DNA of 48,137 bases from a virus (lineage: Duplodnaviria; Caudoviricetes), in IMG/VR virus record IMGVR_UViG_3300011438_000004, positions 1 to 48,137 of that record. One strand, given 5' to 3'. The notes beneath the pieces were generated by a model. The model made no database searches and was not told the DNA's origin. It was given only the letters and a program-made list of their open reading frames with translations. Shown one piece after another: positions 27,999-37,654 of the stretch (the stretch's first letter is position 1; every line of letters starts with the position of its first letter). Both the position numbers and the translations under genes were made by a program.

Positions 27999-28193
27999 TT
28001 AGTTGCGCTCTGGTTGTTTCCAACCATAGACTGCATATCTCAGACACTTTGCAACATACAATATCTCTTTGATGACATCGTATATCAGCTCTGGTATAAG
28101 CAACCACAGAGCACTAGCCCATTCGTGGTCACGCATTTGAGTGCAGTTGTTACGCGCAATTGCGAGTTCGTGGATTAGGTCTTGTTTTGGCAT
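27999..28193 (-). CDS. Hypothetical protein
   Basis: 64 aa; starts MPKQDL. Confidence 0.5.
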   Translation of the reverse strand: MPKQDLIHELAIARNNCTQMRDHEWASALWLLIPELIYDVIKEILYVAKCLRYAVYGWKQPERN

Positions 28194-28208
28194 ATTTAGG
28201 ATATGTTG

Positions 28209-28466
28209 TTAATCTATGAAAAGTTCGTGAAGCGTTTTGAAATAATTGATGACTCCGTGTTCTTTTTCCATGTGCAATACATGAGGATAGAGCCAATTAG
28301 TAGCATAGCACTTTTGGCATCTAAAGACTTTACGTAGTCCTTCAATTTCAACATATTTAGCTATTTCTTTTGAAGGTTGGCGGTTAGCTTTAATCAAAAG
28401 GTTTTCTAGATTGCTGATCTGTTTTCTGGTCAGCTTCACTTTCGTTTTTAGGTTTTGTTTTGGCAT
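28209..28466 (-). CDS. Hypothetical protein with a C2H2-like zinc finger
   Basis: FRCQKC-x11-H-x4-H. Confidence 0.55.
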   Translation of the reverse strand: MPKQNLKTKVKLTRKQISNLENLLIKANRQPSKEIAKYVEIEGLRKVFRCQKCYATNWLYPHVLHMEKEHGVINYFKTLHELFID

Positions 28467-28510
28467 GTTAGGTTTGCTTCATTTGCTTGTTGTATGTTTC
28501 CGGTTTACTG

Positions 28511-28663
28511 CTAGATTACTTTATAATAAATCCACTCGTTGATTGTAGCACTCAGGCTTTCGAGTGTCTTTACTAACGTATGTTTGACTTCATAGTCTTC
28601 GACTAATTCGACTATAAACATTCCGTCTTTGTTAGATAGGACTCTTACTTCTCGTGGTTTCAT
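28511..28663 (-). CDS. Small hypothetical protein (50 aa, MKPREVRV...)
   Basis: ATG 28663 just after the AAGAC repeat. Confidence 0.5.
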   Translation of the reverse strand: MKPREVRVLSNKDGMFIVELVEDYEVKHTLVKTLESLSATINEWIYYKVI

Positions 28664-28670
28664 ATGTTTT

Positions 28671-28755
28671 GTCTTGTCTTGTCTTGTCTTGTCTTGTCTT
28701 GTCTTGTCTTGTCTTGTCTTGTCTTGTCTTGTCTTGTCTTGTCTTGTCTTGTCTT
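28671..28755. repeat. Pentanucleotide microsatellite (GTCTT)17
   Basis: 17 perfect tandem copies. Confidence 0.97.
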
Positions 28756-29155
28756 GGGTTACTGATAAATTCAATCCCGGCAGGGTTAAAATCCTCACTC
28801 TGCAAAGCTAGACTAAATCCCACTCGATTTCCCAATCTGTAGGTGAGTGCGCGCGTGCATGGGTGCGTGAACACACGCATCCTAGGGCGGATTTCCGCGA
28901 TCGCGAGTAGGCTCTCATAAATGAGAATTGCACTACAAGGCTAGTTTGAACTAGATAGCTAAAGGGCTTGTATACTAGAAGGAATTTTTTTGGAGTATAC
29001 ACTCTTTCTCTAGTATTCTCGCTTTTTGAGGTTGAACTCCGTTTTTGGATGTTGAGATTCGATGGCGAATTTCCAAAATTTCGTCCTTATATCTGCTCCA
29101 CCATGCGTGTATTCACTCACTCACTCATGCACGCACTCACTCTTAGATTTGATTG

Positions 29156-29174
29156 GTTGAGGCTATTGATTAGC
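29156..29174 (+). repeat. Dispersed motif copy 6, GTTGAGGCTA-TTGAT-TAGC
   Basis: Perfect consensus in the non-coding control region. Confidence 0.9.
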
Positions 29175-29239
29175 GCAGACATTAGATTGATGATGGGTAA
29201 TTTGAACCCGAGAGGTAAGGGCGCTTGGTGTAGCTCGAC

Positions 29240-29536
29240 TTAATCGAACTCTGCCGCGAACTTGTCTGCAAGACTTTCGGCTGTCTTTCCGGTTGTTGAG
29301 GCCGCGAGATATTTCAACTTCTCGAATGCTTGCCTTGCGGCTGACGCATTGGCCAAGGGGTAGAGAATCGACGCAACCTTAACAAGGTCTTCTTTTGTGT
29401 CCGACGCCAAGAGAGCGTTCTCTTTCAGCATGCGAACCATCAAGCCGACTTGCTGCTTCTGCGTCAAGCCCATGACTATATGCTTTTCAGCAAAGTATTC
29501 CTTAGCGAGCCTGAGGTTTTCTGGTTCAATGTTCAT
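29240..29536 (-). CDS. Hypothetical early protein
   Basis: 98-aa ORF with a CATATG start. Confidence 0.6.
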   Translation of the reverse strand: MNIEPENLRLAKEYFAEKHIVMGLTQKQQVGLMVRMLKENALLASDTKEDLVKVASILYPLANASAARQAFEKLKYLAASTTGKTAESLADKFAAEFD

Positions 29537-29686
29537 ATGATTACTAGATGTTTGATCGTGTTAGTTTTCATGACACTTGGCATGTGAAGCTGTGATTCAG
29601 CCTCACTTCCAAGCGCCCTTACTAGCTATCAGGCTCAAATTACCCATCATCGAAAGGAGAGAATAGAACGAGCGGGACAGGATGAC

Positions 29687-29899
29687 TCAGACTTCTGCTA
29701 TGCTCCATGTGAAATTCTCTATTCCGTAGTGTGAAACAAGCCAAGCTAATCTTTCGTCAAGAGAAGCGTATTCGCCTCCGCATGGCCAGCTAAGGGTGAT
29801 ATTTTGCGTGTCGTCGTGTGCGGTAATGTAGTGTGTAATCATGCTCACCGCCCGCTCTATTCTCTCCTTTCTTGCGATGCGCTTATTTACTTCGCGCAT
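29687..29899 (-). CDS. Hypothetical early protein
   Basis: 70-aa ORF, first of the leftward block. Confidence 0.5.
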   Translation of the reverse strand: MREVNKRIARKERIERAVSMITHYITAHDDTQNITLSWPCGGEYASLDERLAWLVSHYGIENFTWSIAEV

Positions 29900-29971
29900 T
29901 TAGAATGTCAAAGATCAACTCCGCAAGCGGATTGGATGCGCTCTATTGCGCACCTCGCTTTCCTCAATCAT

Positions 29972-29987
29972 ATATGCTATTGGCTGA
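29972..29987 (-). promoter_or_regulatory. Repeated upstream element (copy C), next to palindrome TCGAGCGCGCTCGA (29996-30009)
   Basis: 16-nt identity with copies A and B; upstream of the first leftward gene. Confidence 0.6.
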
Positions 29988-30463
29988 TTAGATAGTCGAG
30001 CGCGCTCGATTGCCAAAAGGGTACCTTTGCCACGGGCGGGTCTGTGTCTCATTCAGGGCCACTTTCCGACCACTCCAATTTTTCAAATCCTATACCACCA
30101 AATCCTAATCTCATAAGCGATCTTAGATCGAGTGAGTGCGCGCCTAGACTAAATCTCATATCATATTCCTTGCTAGGTGAGCGAGATTCTGCGATAGTCC
30201 TCTCAGTTGAGCAACCTTTATGATATGAGATTCGCGCCAAGAACACGAGCTAGGGTTAAGCAGGATTGCGTTTTGAGCCAAGCTGCGAGTGAGGTGAATA
30301 GGGTTCAAGCGCTTAATTTGGCCGGAGAGTGCGGATTTGGGAGCAGGCCGAACGAGAAGCCTGAGAATGAGTATGACTGCGGAGTGCCGGTGGAGCAGCG
30401 CCCAAGCGATGGAAGCACGGAGCCCGCGGTGATGCAAGTTTTGCGCGACATGTCTTTTTGATT

Positions 30464-30691
30464 ATGAACACATTAACGAATTTACTTCTTCCTATTCTTG
30501 CCGCAGGGTCGATGGACGTGAAGCAATTACTAATCGGATTTTTAATTCTAGTTCTAGTCTTGGTATGCATTGGTGGGCTGTATGCATTAATCGAGAAATT
30601 CTTCGGTCCCTTTCCAGCGCCGATTAGATTAGTGGTTGGTTTGGTCCTCCTGATCTTGTTACTAATTTGGGGGATTAACTACTTCGCCTAG
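30464..30691 (+). CDS. Small 2-TM membrane protein (possible holin)
   Basis: Two hydrophobic helices separated by FFGPFPAP. Confidence 0.6.
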   Translation: MNTLTNLLLPILAAGSMDVKQLLIGFLILVLVLVCIGGLYALIEKFFGPFPAPIRLVVGLVLLILLLIWGINYFA

Positions 30692-30698
30692 TTTGTTC

Positions 30699-31376
30699 AT
30701 GGGACATTCACTCGATACTCTCGCCGCTGATCCAGAACGTCCGCAAGGACGTCCTCTTGGCGCGGGGTCTAATCCTGATTTGGCTAAGAAAGAGAACCTT
30801 GCCAGAAGGCATTTGTTCGCGCTATTAGGTAGCACCGACGAAGAAGATCCGCCCACAGGGGTGCCGATTCCTCAGGTCGATATTTTCGGTGAAAAGCCGG
30901 AGCACAGGTTGATGTGCATGTTGAAAGCGCAAGGAAAGAACCACCGCGAGATAGCTGTAGCAATGGAGTATAGTGAAGGGCATGTGCAAACAGTGCTTGC
31001 GCAGCCGTGGGCTAGGAAGAGGGTGATGGACGAGATTATGACGTCGGGGAGAGACGGATTGGATGAGTTGTTTAAGGGAGCCGCGGCGGATTCGGTTTAT
31101 ACTTTGATTGATGTAAGGGACGACAAGAAGGAGAGTGGTGCGACGAGAGTGAGCGCGGCAAATTCTTTGCTCGATAGGTTTCTTGGTAAGGCAGTGGCGA
31201 ATGTTAATGTGCGTAGCGGAAAGTTGAAAGAGTTCGCGACGTTGGAGGAGATTGACAAAGAGCTGGAAGACCTAAAGGCTAAGGAGCGCGAGATTATGAC
31301 GAAGCTTCCAGTGCGCGAGGTTGAAGCTATTAGGACTGAGTTGCTTAATGCGGCTACTGCGGGAGGAGCTGCGTGA
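30699..31376 (+). CDS. Putative terminase small subunit
   Basis: HTH-like KAQGKNHREIAVAMEYSEGHV and RVSAANSLLDR; directly upstream of terL. Confidence 0.65.
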   Translation: MGHSLDTLAADPERPQGRPLGAGSNPDLAKKENLARRHLFALLGSTDEEDPPTGVPIPQVDIFGEKPEHRLMCMLKAQGKNHREIAVAMEYSEGHVQTVLAQPWARKRVMDEIMTSGRDGLDELFKGAAADSVYTLIDVRDDKKESGATRVSAANSLLDRFLGKAVANVNVRSGKLKEFATLEEIDKELEDLKAKEREIMTKLPVREVEAIRTELLNAATAGGAA

Positions 31377-32923
31377 CCTCCTCACCGTCTAGTTGTCTAT
31401 CTCTCGAAGAATACGATCTTCTAAATCTACGCCGTCAGCAGGCGTATTTGATGGGCAAACGTATCCAATTGGTCAAAGACGATGGCCTCAAATACTACAA
31501 TCCGCATCCCAAACAAGACGCATTTCACCGGGCAGGACGTTTTAAGCGTCGCGCAGTGTTTGCTGGAAACCGTTTCGGAAAGTCCGACTGCGGCGCGGCA
31601 GAAGACGTTGCGCAGGCAGTTGGAGAGCGCACTTGGTATCCTCCCAATGATCCCGCACGAACCGCCGGCATTCCAAGACATGCGCAAAAGATTTGCGTTA
31701 TTTGCAACGATTGGGGAAAGGTGGATGAAATATTTACAAGTGAGCGCGGTGCTAGACCTGGAAAACTATGGAGGTTATTTCCTCGCGGCTTTGTCAAGTC
31801 CAAGAGAAGAAACCACTCCGGCGCAATTGAAACCATTGAAGGGGAGAATGGTTCCATCATTCAGTTTGAAACTGTAGAGTCTTTTAAGAAAAACCCGCAG
31901 TCTATTGAGTCTAGCGACTGGGACGTTATTCACGTTGACGAGCCATGCCCTAAGCAAATGTTTGATGCGGCTGCCCGTGGACTTGTCGATCGGAATGGAT
32001 CAGCGTATTTTACCCTCACGGCGTTGAAGGAGCGGTGGATTCCTGATATGTTTTTTGGTGAGGAGGACGCGGATACAATTATATCCAGAGGGACGGCGAC
32101 GATTTTTAATACTCATTTTTGGTCGATCACGGGAAGTATTTGGGACAATTGCTATTTGAGCGAAGAGGCGATCTTGTTGTTTCTTAACAACTTGGATGAC
32201 CCAGAAGAGAGGGAGTGCCGAGAGACTGGAATTCCGTTGCAGTTTGCGGGATTGATTTATAAGGAGTTCCGTCGCGATTTGCATACTTTGTTAAAGCTTC
32301 CAGATGGATGGTCCGATTTTGACCAGCCGCCTCTTGACTGGCCAGTATATATTTTGGTCGATCCTCATCCTCAAACTCCTGTAGCTGCGTTGTTGACAAC
32401 GGTAAGCGAAACTGGAAGGAAATACATTTTCAACGAAGTTTGGTTGAATGGACTAGTGAGCGAGGTCTGCGCAGACATCTTTCAAAAGGTGGGCAAGCGC
32501 CAAATCGTCCGGGCCAAAGCAGACCCATGCGCGTTCAACGTTGATCGCTTAACCGGCGCGTGCTGGGCCGATGACTTCGCTTCTTGTGGTCTTTGGATTG
32601 ATCGCGCGATTAAAGACCTAGACCGGGGGATTAAGTCTACTAAAGCCGCGTTTCGTTCTCGTATGCCAGACGGAATGCCTGAATGGATGGTGTCGCCTAG
32701 ATGCAAAAGATTCTTGTGGGAGATTGCGCGCTGGGCATGGGACAAAGAAAATCGTCCAGTGGACAAAGATGACCACATGATGGAATGTCTTTATCGAACA
32801 GTTCTTGAAGAGCCGATTTATATAGAACGCTCACGAGATGCTGATTACAAAGAAAACGATTTAGTAGTAACAGGGCTAACAGATGAAGATCGTTGGCTCG
32901 CAACCGAAAATTTAAGTGTATGA
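31373..32923 (+). CDS. terL: Terminase large subunit
   Basis: PHPKQ, AGNRFGKS (Walker A), VIHVDEP (Walker B), VDPHP and KDDHMME (nuclease). Confidence 0.92.
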   Translation: MTSSPSSCLSLEEYDLLNLRRQQAYLMGKRIQLVKDDGLKYYNPHPKQDAFHRAGRFKRRAVFAGNRFGKSDCGAAEDVAQAVGERTWYPPNDPARTAGIPRHAQKICVICNDWGKVDEIFTSERGARPGKLWRLFPRGFVKSKRRNHSGAIETIEGENGSIIQFETVESFKKNPQSIESSDWDVIHVDEPCPKQMFDAAARGLVDRNGSAYFTLTALKERWIPDMFFGEEDADTIISRGTATIFNTHFWSITGSIWDNCYLSEEAILLFLNNLDDPEERECRETGIPLQFAGLIYKEFRRDLHTLLKLPDGWSDFDQPPLDWPVYILVDPHPQTPVAALLTTVSETGRKYIFNEVWLNGLVSEVCADIFQKVGKRQIVRAKADPCAFNVDRLTGACWADDFASCGLWIDRAIKDLDRGIKSTKAAFRSRMPDGMPEWMVSPRCKRFLWEIARWAWDKENRPVDKDDHMMECLYRTVLEEPIYIERSRDADYKENDLVVTGLTDEDRWLATENLSV

Positions 32924-34092
32924 GCATGAAAATGTATGATGTCGATCGTATGGTTGATACCTATGGTCAATTAACTAATGCGCAGATAGCCGAAGTTACG
33001 TCTATGTTGTTTGGCGACGGCGCAAATGTTAGCGTCTTTGGCACTACGCTTCACAATTTATATACAGATGGAGTAGTCTTAGGTAGTTTAGGAACTGAGG
33101 TATTTACAGACGCGCCCGACCACGAAAGTTTGTTTATTGGCCTGAATATTAAGGCTGACCCGTCTGGTTATGTGCCAATAAACAGCACCAAAACTGCTTG
33201 GGGTTTAGGATTCGAGACTAATTTTTACGACTCGGCAAACAAGTTTGCGCAGCAAGAGTTTTACATAACTGATGGGGGATCAAAGCGAGCGTTGAATGTG
33301 GGCACGGCTCAGATTGTGTCTGGGTCTATTTCGATTGTGGCTGGCGTAGTTACCATATCAGAGATTTCTGTTAGTTTGCTGGCGAGTATTAAAGCAGGTA
33401 TGCGATTTATGGTGTCTGGCTTGACGGGCGCAAGTGGAATCTCGGCTGCGACGTATTACTATATCATTGCTATCACTGGCAATACTTGTACGTTCGACGA
33501 CGTAGCGGGAGGATCTACTCCAGTCAACGCAACGTTAACCTCTGGCACGATGACTATTGGAGGGTGCTCTACTGTAGGCATGACTTGTCCGGTAACCATA
33601 AATTGTTCCGCGACTATTAGTGATGCTGACGCTTTAACCGTTATGGATCACCCAGCCGGCAATGGAGTGGCGTATCTGCTTATTCGCGGATCGGTGCCAT
33701 CGAAGCCGCCTTCAATTTACTTAATCAACGATCTTGATGCTGCGGTTGGAACTTACATTGAGTATGGAGACTTAGTGAATGGTTCATGGCGAACCGGCAA
33801 AGGAACTGGTGTTGGGGCAGCAGGACTGGAAACAACTTTTAGCTTTTGCGAACTTAACAGCGGACCAAAACCTTGGTTCCAAATCAACACAGGCGGAAAA
33901 GTCGCAGTCGGTTACAACGCCGCGCGAACGGCATTATCTGTAGTGGACATTGCGGCTTCTACCACTGCACGTGCGTCATTGCATCTGGAGTCGGGAACGG
34001 CTCCGACAGCTCCTAACAATGGAGACATTTGGTTTGATGGAACACACTTCTATGGTCGAACAGGCGGGGTTTCAGTGCAGTTGGATAACTAG
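32920..34092 (+). CDS. Putative fibre/receptor-binding structural protein
   Basis: Beta-rich G/T/S composition; C-terminal ASTTARASL..GTAPTAP.NGDIWFDG motif seen in phage fibres; ATGA-coupled at 32920. Confidence 0.6.
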   Translation: MSMKMYDVDRMVDTYGQLTNAQIAEVTSMLFGDGANVSVFGTTLHNLYTDGVVLGSLGTEVFTDAPDHESLFIGLNIKADPSGYVPINSTKTAWGLGFETNFYDSANKFAQQEFYITDGGSKRALNVGTAQIVSGSISIVAGVVTISEISVSLLASIKAGMRFMVSGLTGASGISAATYYYIIAITGNTCTFDDVAGGSTPVNATLTSGTMTIGGCSTVGMTCPVTINCSATISDADALTVMDHPAGNGVAYLLIRGSVPSKPPSIYLINDLDAAVGTYIEYGDLVNGSWRTGKGTGVGAAGLETTFSFCELNSGPKPWFQINTGGKVAVGYNAARTALSVVDIAASTTARASLHLESGTAPTAPNNGDIWFDGTHFYGRTGGVSVQLDN

Positions 34093-34102
34093 ACAATAAA
34101 TC

Positions 34103-34480
34103 ATGCATACTCTCGACCATTCTGGTAACAATGGCGCAGTAGCTTTGCCTGGAACTGTGTTCGACGTTCGTGGATACGATCACATTCAAATCATTGCTAC
34201 GACTAAAGCGAATATAACCGGAACTATTGTAGTTCAAGGTTCGTTCGACCAAGTTAACTGGGCAGACATTTTGTCCACTTTGGCTCGCCCAGCAATGACA
34301 TATATCAATGGAGCAGGCGAAGGCCAAGTCGCTAGTCCTAATGCATCAGTCGCTCAAACCTGTGTTCCTACTTTAGGTTATCCTAGGATTAGACTTACTG
34401 GCTCAATCACGTTTCCTAATCTAGGAACAAACTCAAAGTTGAGTATAAACATCTTTCCTTTCGTGCGCCAACTTCCATGA
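34103..34480 (+). CDS. Structural protein; stand-alone paralog of the N-terminal domain of the 818-aa fibre
   Basis: Colinear with aa 1-123 of 34737..37193 (SGNN, NITG, QGS.D..NW..ILST, ASPN, PTLGY..IRL.G.ITFPNL). Confidence 0.65.
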   Translation: MHTLDHSGNNGAVALPGTVFDVRGYDHIQIIATTKANITGTIVVQGSFDQVNWADILSTLARPAMTYINGAGEGQVASPNASVAQTCVPTLGYPRIRLTGSITFPNLGTNSKLSINIFPFVRQLP

Positions 34481-34722
34481 CATCCTCGGACGATGTAGTA
34501 AAAATAATACAGGCAGTAGGAGCGGTAGCTACTGTTATTATTGCGGCTATGGCTAACTACCATGCATCCAAAGCCCGCACTAGTTCGGCCAAAAATACAG
34601 AAAAGATTGAAGAGGTGCATCAAAAAGTTAATGGTCTGACCGAAGCTCGAGTCGAAGAAGCAAAAAAGTCAGGGTTCATTGCGGGAGTGCTTAGTGAAAA
34701 AGAGCACGCCGAAAAAAAGTAG
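34477..34722 (+). CDS. Small protein with N-terminal TM and coiled coil (holin-like)
   Basis: IIQAVGAVATVIIAAMA followed by charged KIEEVHQKVNG. Confidence 0.5.
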   Translation: MTSSDDVVKIIQAVGAVATVIIAAMANYHASKARTSSAKNTEKIEEVHQKVNGLTEARVEEAKKSGFIAGVLSEKEHAEKK

Positions 34723-34736
34723 ACTTAACCTAGCCC

Positions 34737-37193
34737 ATGTTAAACATCGAACTTTCAGGCAATAACGAGGTTAAAGCTCTACCTACCGAGCCGCTTAACG
34801 TAGTTGGCTATAACCACGTTCACATAATCGCAGTAACCAAATCAAACATCACTGGCGACATTCAGCTTCAAGGTTCTTACGACAACATAAACTGGGTTAA
34901 CATTCTTTCAACTTTTGTTCGTCCGGATCAAACATATTCTACTGGTTCTGGATTTGGAAAGTTAGCTTCTCCAAATAACACCATAGCGCAATCAGCTTTT
35001 CCAACTTTAGGCTATAGTAAGATTCGTTTAAATGGTAATATAACATTTCCAAATCTTGCGACGGCCACGAAGTTAATTGTAAACGTCTATCCGTTTCAGA
35101 TTAACACGTCTACTGCTAGTGTCGGCGGCGGGGGCGGAATAGCCGATCTCGTAGATGACACATCTCCTCAACTTGGGGGCAACTTAGACCTTAATGGACA
35201 TTCCATAATCGGAGTTATTCCAGCAGCGGGACTTGATATTACCAATCCTACTGCGGCCGTAACCCCTTTAATCGTTAGAACCGCTTTAAGTCAAAGTGTT
35301 GATTCATTTCAGATAAAGAACAATTCTGGAACCACAATATTTAAGATATCTAAGGACGGAGGCATGTCGCTAGGCTTAACCGGCGGAGTTACGTCAACTA
35401 TTGCTGCTGAAGGAGAACTAGACATTTCATCAACTGACGGAAAAGACCTTAACATAGACTCGGCGGATGATCTGTTCATGTCGAGCGTTGGACTAACTCA
35501 GCAAGTGGTTGGAACCACATGGTATGCTGCAGGCGCTTTGGGAACGGCCGAGATCACGCTGGACAACTCCGCAGGGACCGTAGTGGTTCATGGAACGGCC
35601 GGAATTACTTTCACAGGTCCAGTAACTCTTAACGGAGTGACTCTGCTCCCAACTGGCACCGAACTAAACTTCGTCGATGGAGTCACATCAGCGATCCAGA
35701 CTCAGCTTGATTCTAAGTATAGCGGCGGCGGCGCACTTGGAACGCCAGCCAGCGGCAACGGATCTAACCTTACCGCACTAAACGCGACCAATATTTCCAG
35801 CGGAACCCTTAATGCAGCAAGGCTCCCGACAACGACAGTTCAAACAACCGACACTGGAACCGTAACAGATAAGATCGGAGCGCTCCAGGTGAAGCCTGCC
35901 GTTGCCGTGGTTTCAGTAGCAAATCTCACATTAAGCGGCGAGCAGACTATCGACGGGATTTTAACATCCAGTTCGCTAGTTCTCGCCACAGCACAATCAA
36001 GTGGGGCGCAGAACGGACCGTGGGTTTCGGCTGCCGGAGCGTGGACTCGTCCAACATGGTATACTTCCGCGAGCGTGACGCAGGCTCCGCAGTTTCTAAC
36101 CACGTTCGTTCGGCTCGGGACAACCTACTCAGGTTCAACATGGCGTATGACGACTGCGTCAGTCACAATTGACACAACTTCGACTACATGGGCGCAAACT
36201 CCAATCAGTCTCGCTAGTAGCAACGTTACCGGAACGTTGAGTGGTAGTAGCATTAGTGGAGGGACGCTTGGCGCGACTGCGGGAACTAATCTTACTGGCA
36301 CTGCTGCAAGCCTCACGGCGGGGAATGTCACAACAAACGCGAACCTCACCGGGCACGTCACAAGCACAGGCAACGCCGCAGTCCTGGGCAGCTTCACTTC
36401 TGCGCAACTCTCTACTGCTGTCAGTGACGACAACCCAGCTTATGTTGGCGCGGCGAATACATTTAGTCTTGGGCAGACCTTTTCATCAGCAATAACCTAT
36501 GGAGGTGTAGCTCTTTCCAACTCCGTCACGGGCACTGGAAGCATGGTGCTATCAGCAAGTCCTACTTTTACCGGAACACTGACGGCATCAACGGTGACCG
36601 CCTCTGCTTCAGTTCAAGCGGGGGCGACCAGTAATATACGATGGACGGCGTCTACCACGCTTAACACGCAAAACACTGCTGGGACGGCGACTAATGGTTG
36701 GTTGACTATCACGAATACTGCCGCAACTGGACTTTCGGGCGTTATTCTTGGTGATAACACAACTTCCTATCCAGCCCTAGTCCCAAGCGGTTCGGGAGGA
36801 ACCCTGGGAATTAAGCTAGCCAGCGACGGCACGACGGACGCTCCGCTAACCGCATCCAATATCACCGCCAGTGGCACCCACACCGTCGTCGGCGCGAGCA
36901 CTCTAACAGGACTACTTACCGTCAACGGGGGCATCACTTACGGCGACGCTCAAAACTGTGCGTATGGTAGCACTACGGGAACTAAGCTTGGCACTGCAAC
37001 CTCGCAGAAAATCGGGTTTTGGAATGCTACGCCAATTATTCAACCTGCGGGAGCGGCCCAAGTCGCTCCAGCCACTTACGCCACTGGAGTATTTGGCTTA
37101 GATAGTAACGCCAATATGCAGGCTCTTTACGATCTAGTCGTTGCTATGAGAACCGCAATGGTCAATGCCGGACTTATTAAAGGCGCGGCTTAA
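34737..37193 (+). CDS. Tail fibre protein (mosaic)
   Basis: 818 aa, T/S/G-rich; fibre modules DTSPQLGGNLD, TELNFVDGVTSAIQTQLD, LSGEQTIDG, QNGPW. Confidence 0.8.
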   Translation: MLNIELSGNNEVKALPTEPLNVVGYNHVHIIAVTKSNITGDIQLQGSYDNINWVNILSTFVRPDQTYSTGSGFGKLASPNNTIAQSAFPTLGYSKIRLNGNITFPNLATATKLIVNVYPFQINTSTASVGGGGGIADLVDDTSPQLGGNLDLNGHSIIGVIPAAGLDITNPTAAVTPLIVRTALSQSVDSFQIKNNSGTTIFKISKDGGMSLGLTGGVTSTIAAEGELDISSTDGKDLNIDSADDLFMSSVGLTQQVVGTTWYAAGALGTAEITLDNSAGTVVVHGTAGITFTGPVTLNGVTLLPTGTELNFVDGVTSAIQTQLDSKYSGGGALGTPASGNGSNLTALNATNISSGTLNAARLPTTTVQTTDTGTVTDKIGALQVKPAVAVVSVANLTLSGEQTIDGILTSSSLVLATAQSSGAQNGPWVSAAGAWTRPTWYTSASVTQAPQFLTTFVRLGTTYSGSTWRMTTASVTIDTTSTTWAQTPISLASSNVTGTLSGSSISGGTLGATAGTNLTGTAASLTAGNVTTNANLTGHVTSTGNAAVLGSFTSAQLSTAVSDDNPAYVGAANTFSLGQTFSSAITYGGVALSNSVTGTGSMVLSASPTFTGTLTASTVTASASVQAGATSNIRWTASTTLNTQNTAGTATNGWLTITNTAATGLSGVILGDNTTSYPALVPSGSGGTLGIKLASDGTTDAPLTASNITASGTHTVVGASTLTGLLTVNGGITYGDAQNCAYGSTTGTKLGTATSQKIGFWNATPIIQPAGAAQVAPATYATGVFGLDSNANMQALYDLVVAMRTAMVNAGLIKGAA

Positions 37194-37210
37194 TCACCCA
37201 CCACACTATT

Positions 37211-37624
37211 ATGTTCAACCTTACCGATCTACAACATACATTTGACGAAAACCAAAGTGACTATGGCCCAGTGTGCCTTGCCGCGGCGGAGCACACTGAA
37301 TTCGGTAAAGACTTCCAGACAGCGCTAGAAACGTTTTTCTCAGAAACACTAGATTTGTTGAATTCGTCGGCAGTTGATCGAGACAAATATAAGTCCCGTG
37401 CGGAGGAGCTTTATGGGTTCGTGCTAAAAGCCGAGGAAGCCTTGAAAAACGGAGCGACTCTAGTGGAAGTGAAAACCATCCTCGACCCACTAATAGTTCA
37501 AGAGAAGACCCCGGAGCAGGAAAAAGAGAATGCCGAGATTGACCGTCTGGAGGCAGAAGCACTAGAGAATTACAACAAACTCATCGCGGAACTCGAAGCA
37601 AAACGAGCCGATATCAACAAGTAA
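37211..37624 (+). CDS. Hypothetical acidic coiled-coil protein (possible fibre chaperone)
   Basis: Directly follows the fibre gene. Confidence 0.55.
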   Translation: MFNLTDLQHTFDENQSDYGPVCLAAAEHTEFGKDFQTALETFFSETLDLLNSSAVDRDKYKSRAEELYGFVLKAEEALKNGATLVEVKTILDPLIVQEKTPEQEKENAEIDRLEAEALENYNKLIAELEAKRADINK

Positions 37625-37654
37625 AGATTAAAGCAGTAAACACTAAATTACAAA

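Noticed and set aside
28629-28880. ORFs with (VLSCL)n or (QDKTR)n repeats
   Set aside because: These are translations of the GTCTT microsatellite; only the ATG-28663 ORF is supported, and the 28798 extension is unproven
30049-30570. Short ORFs on both strands of the control region (e.g. 30207..30461)
   Set aside because: No motifs, weak starts and mutual overlap; probably non-coding
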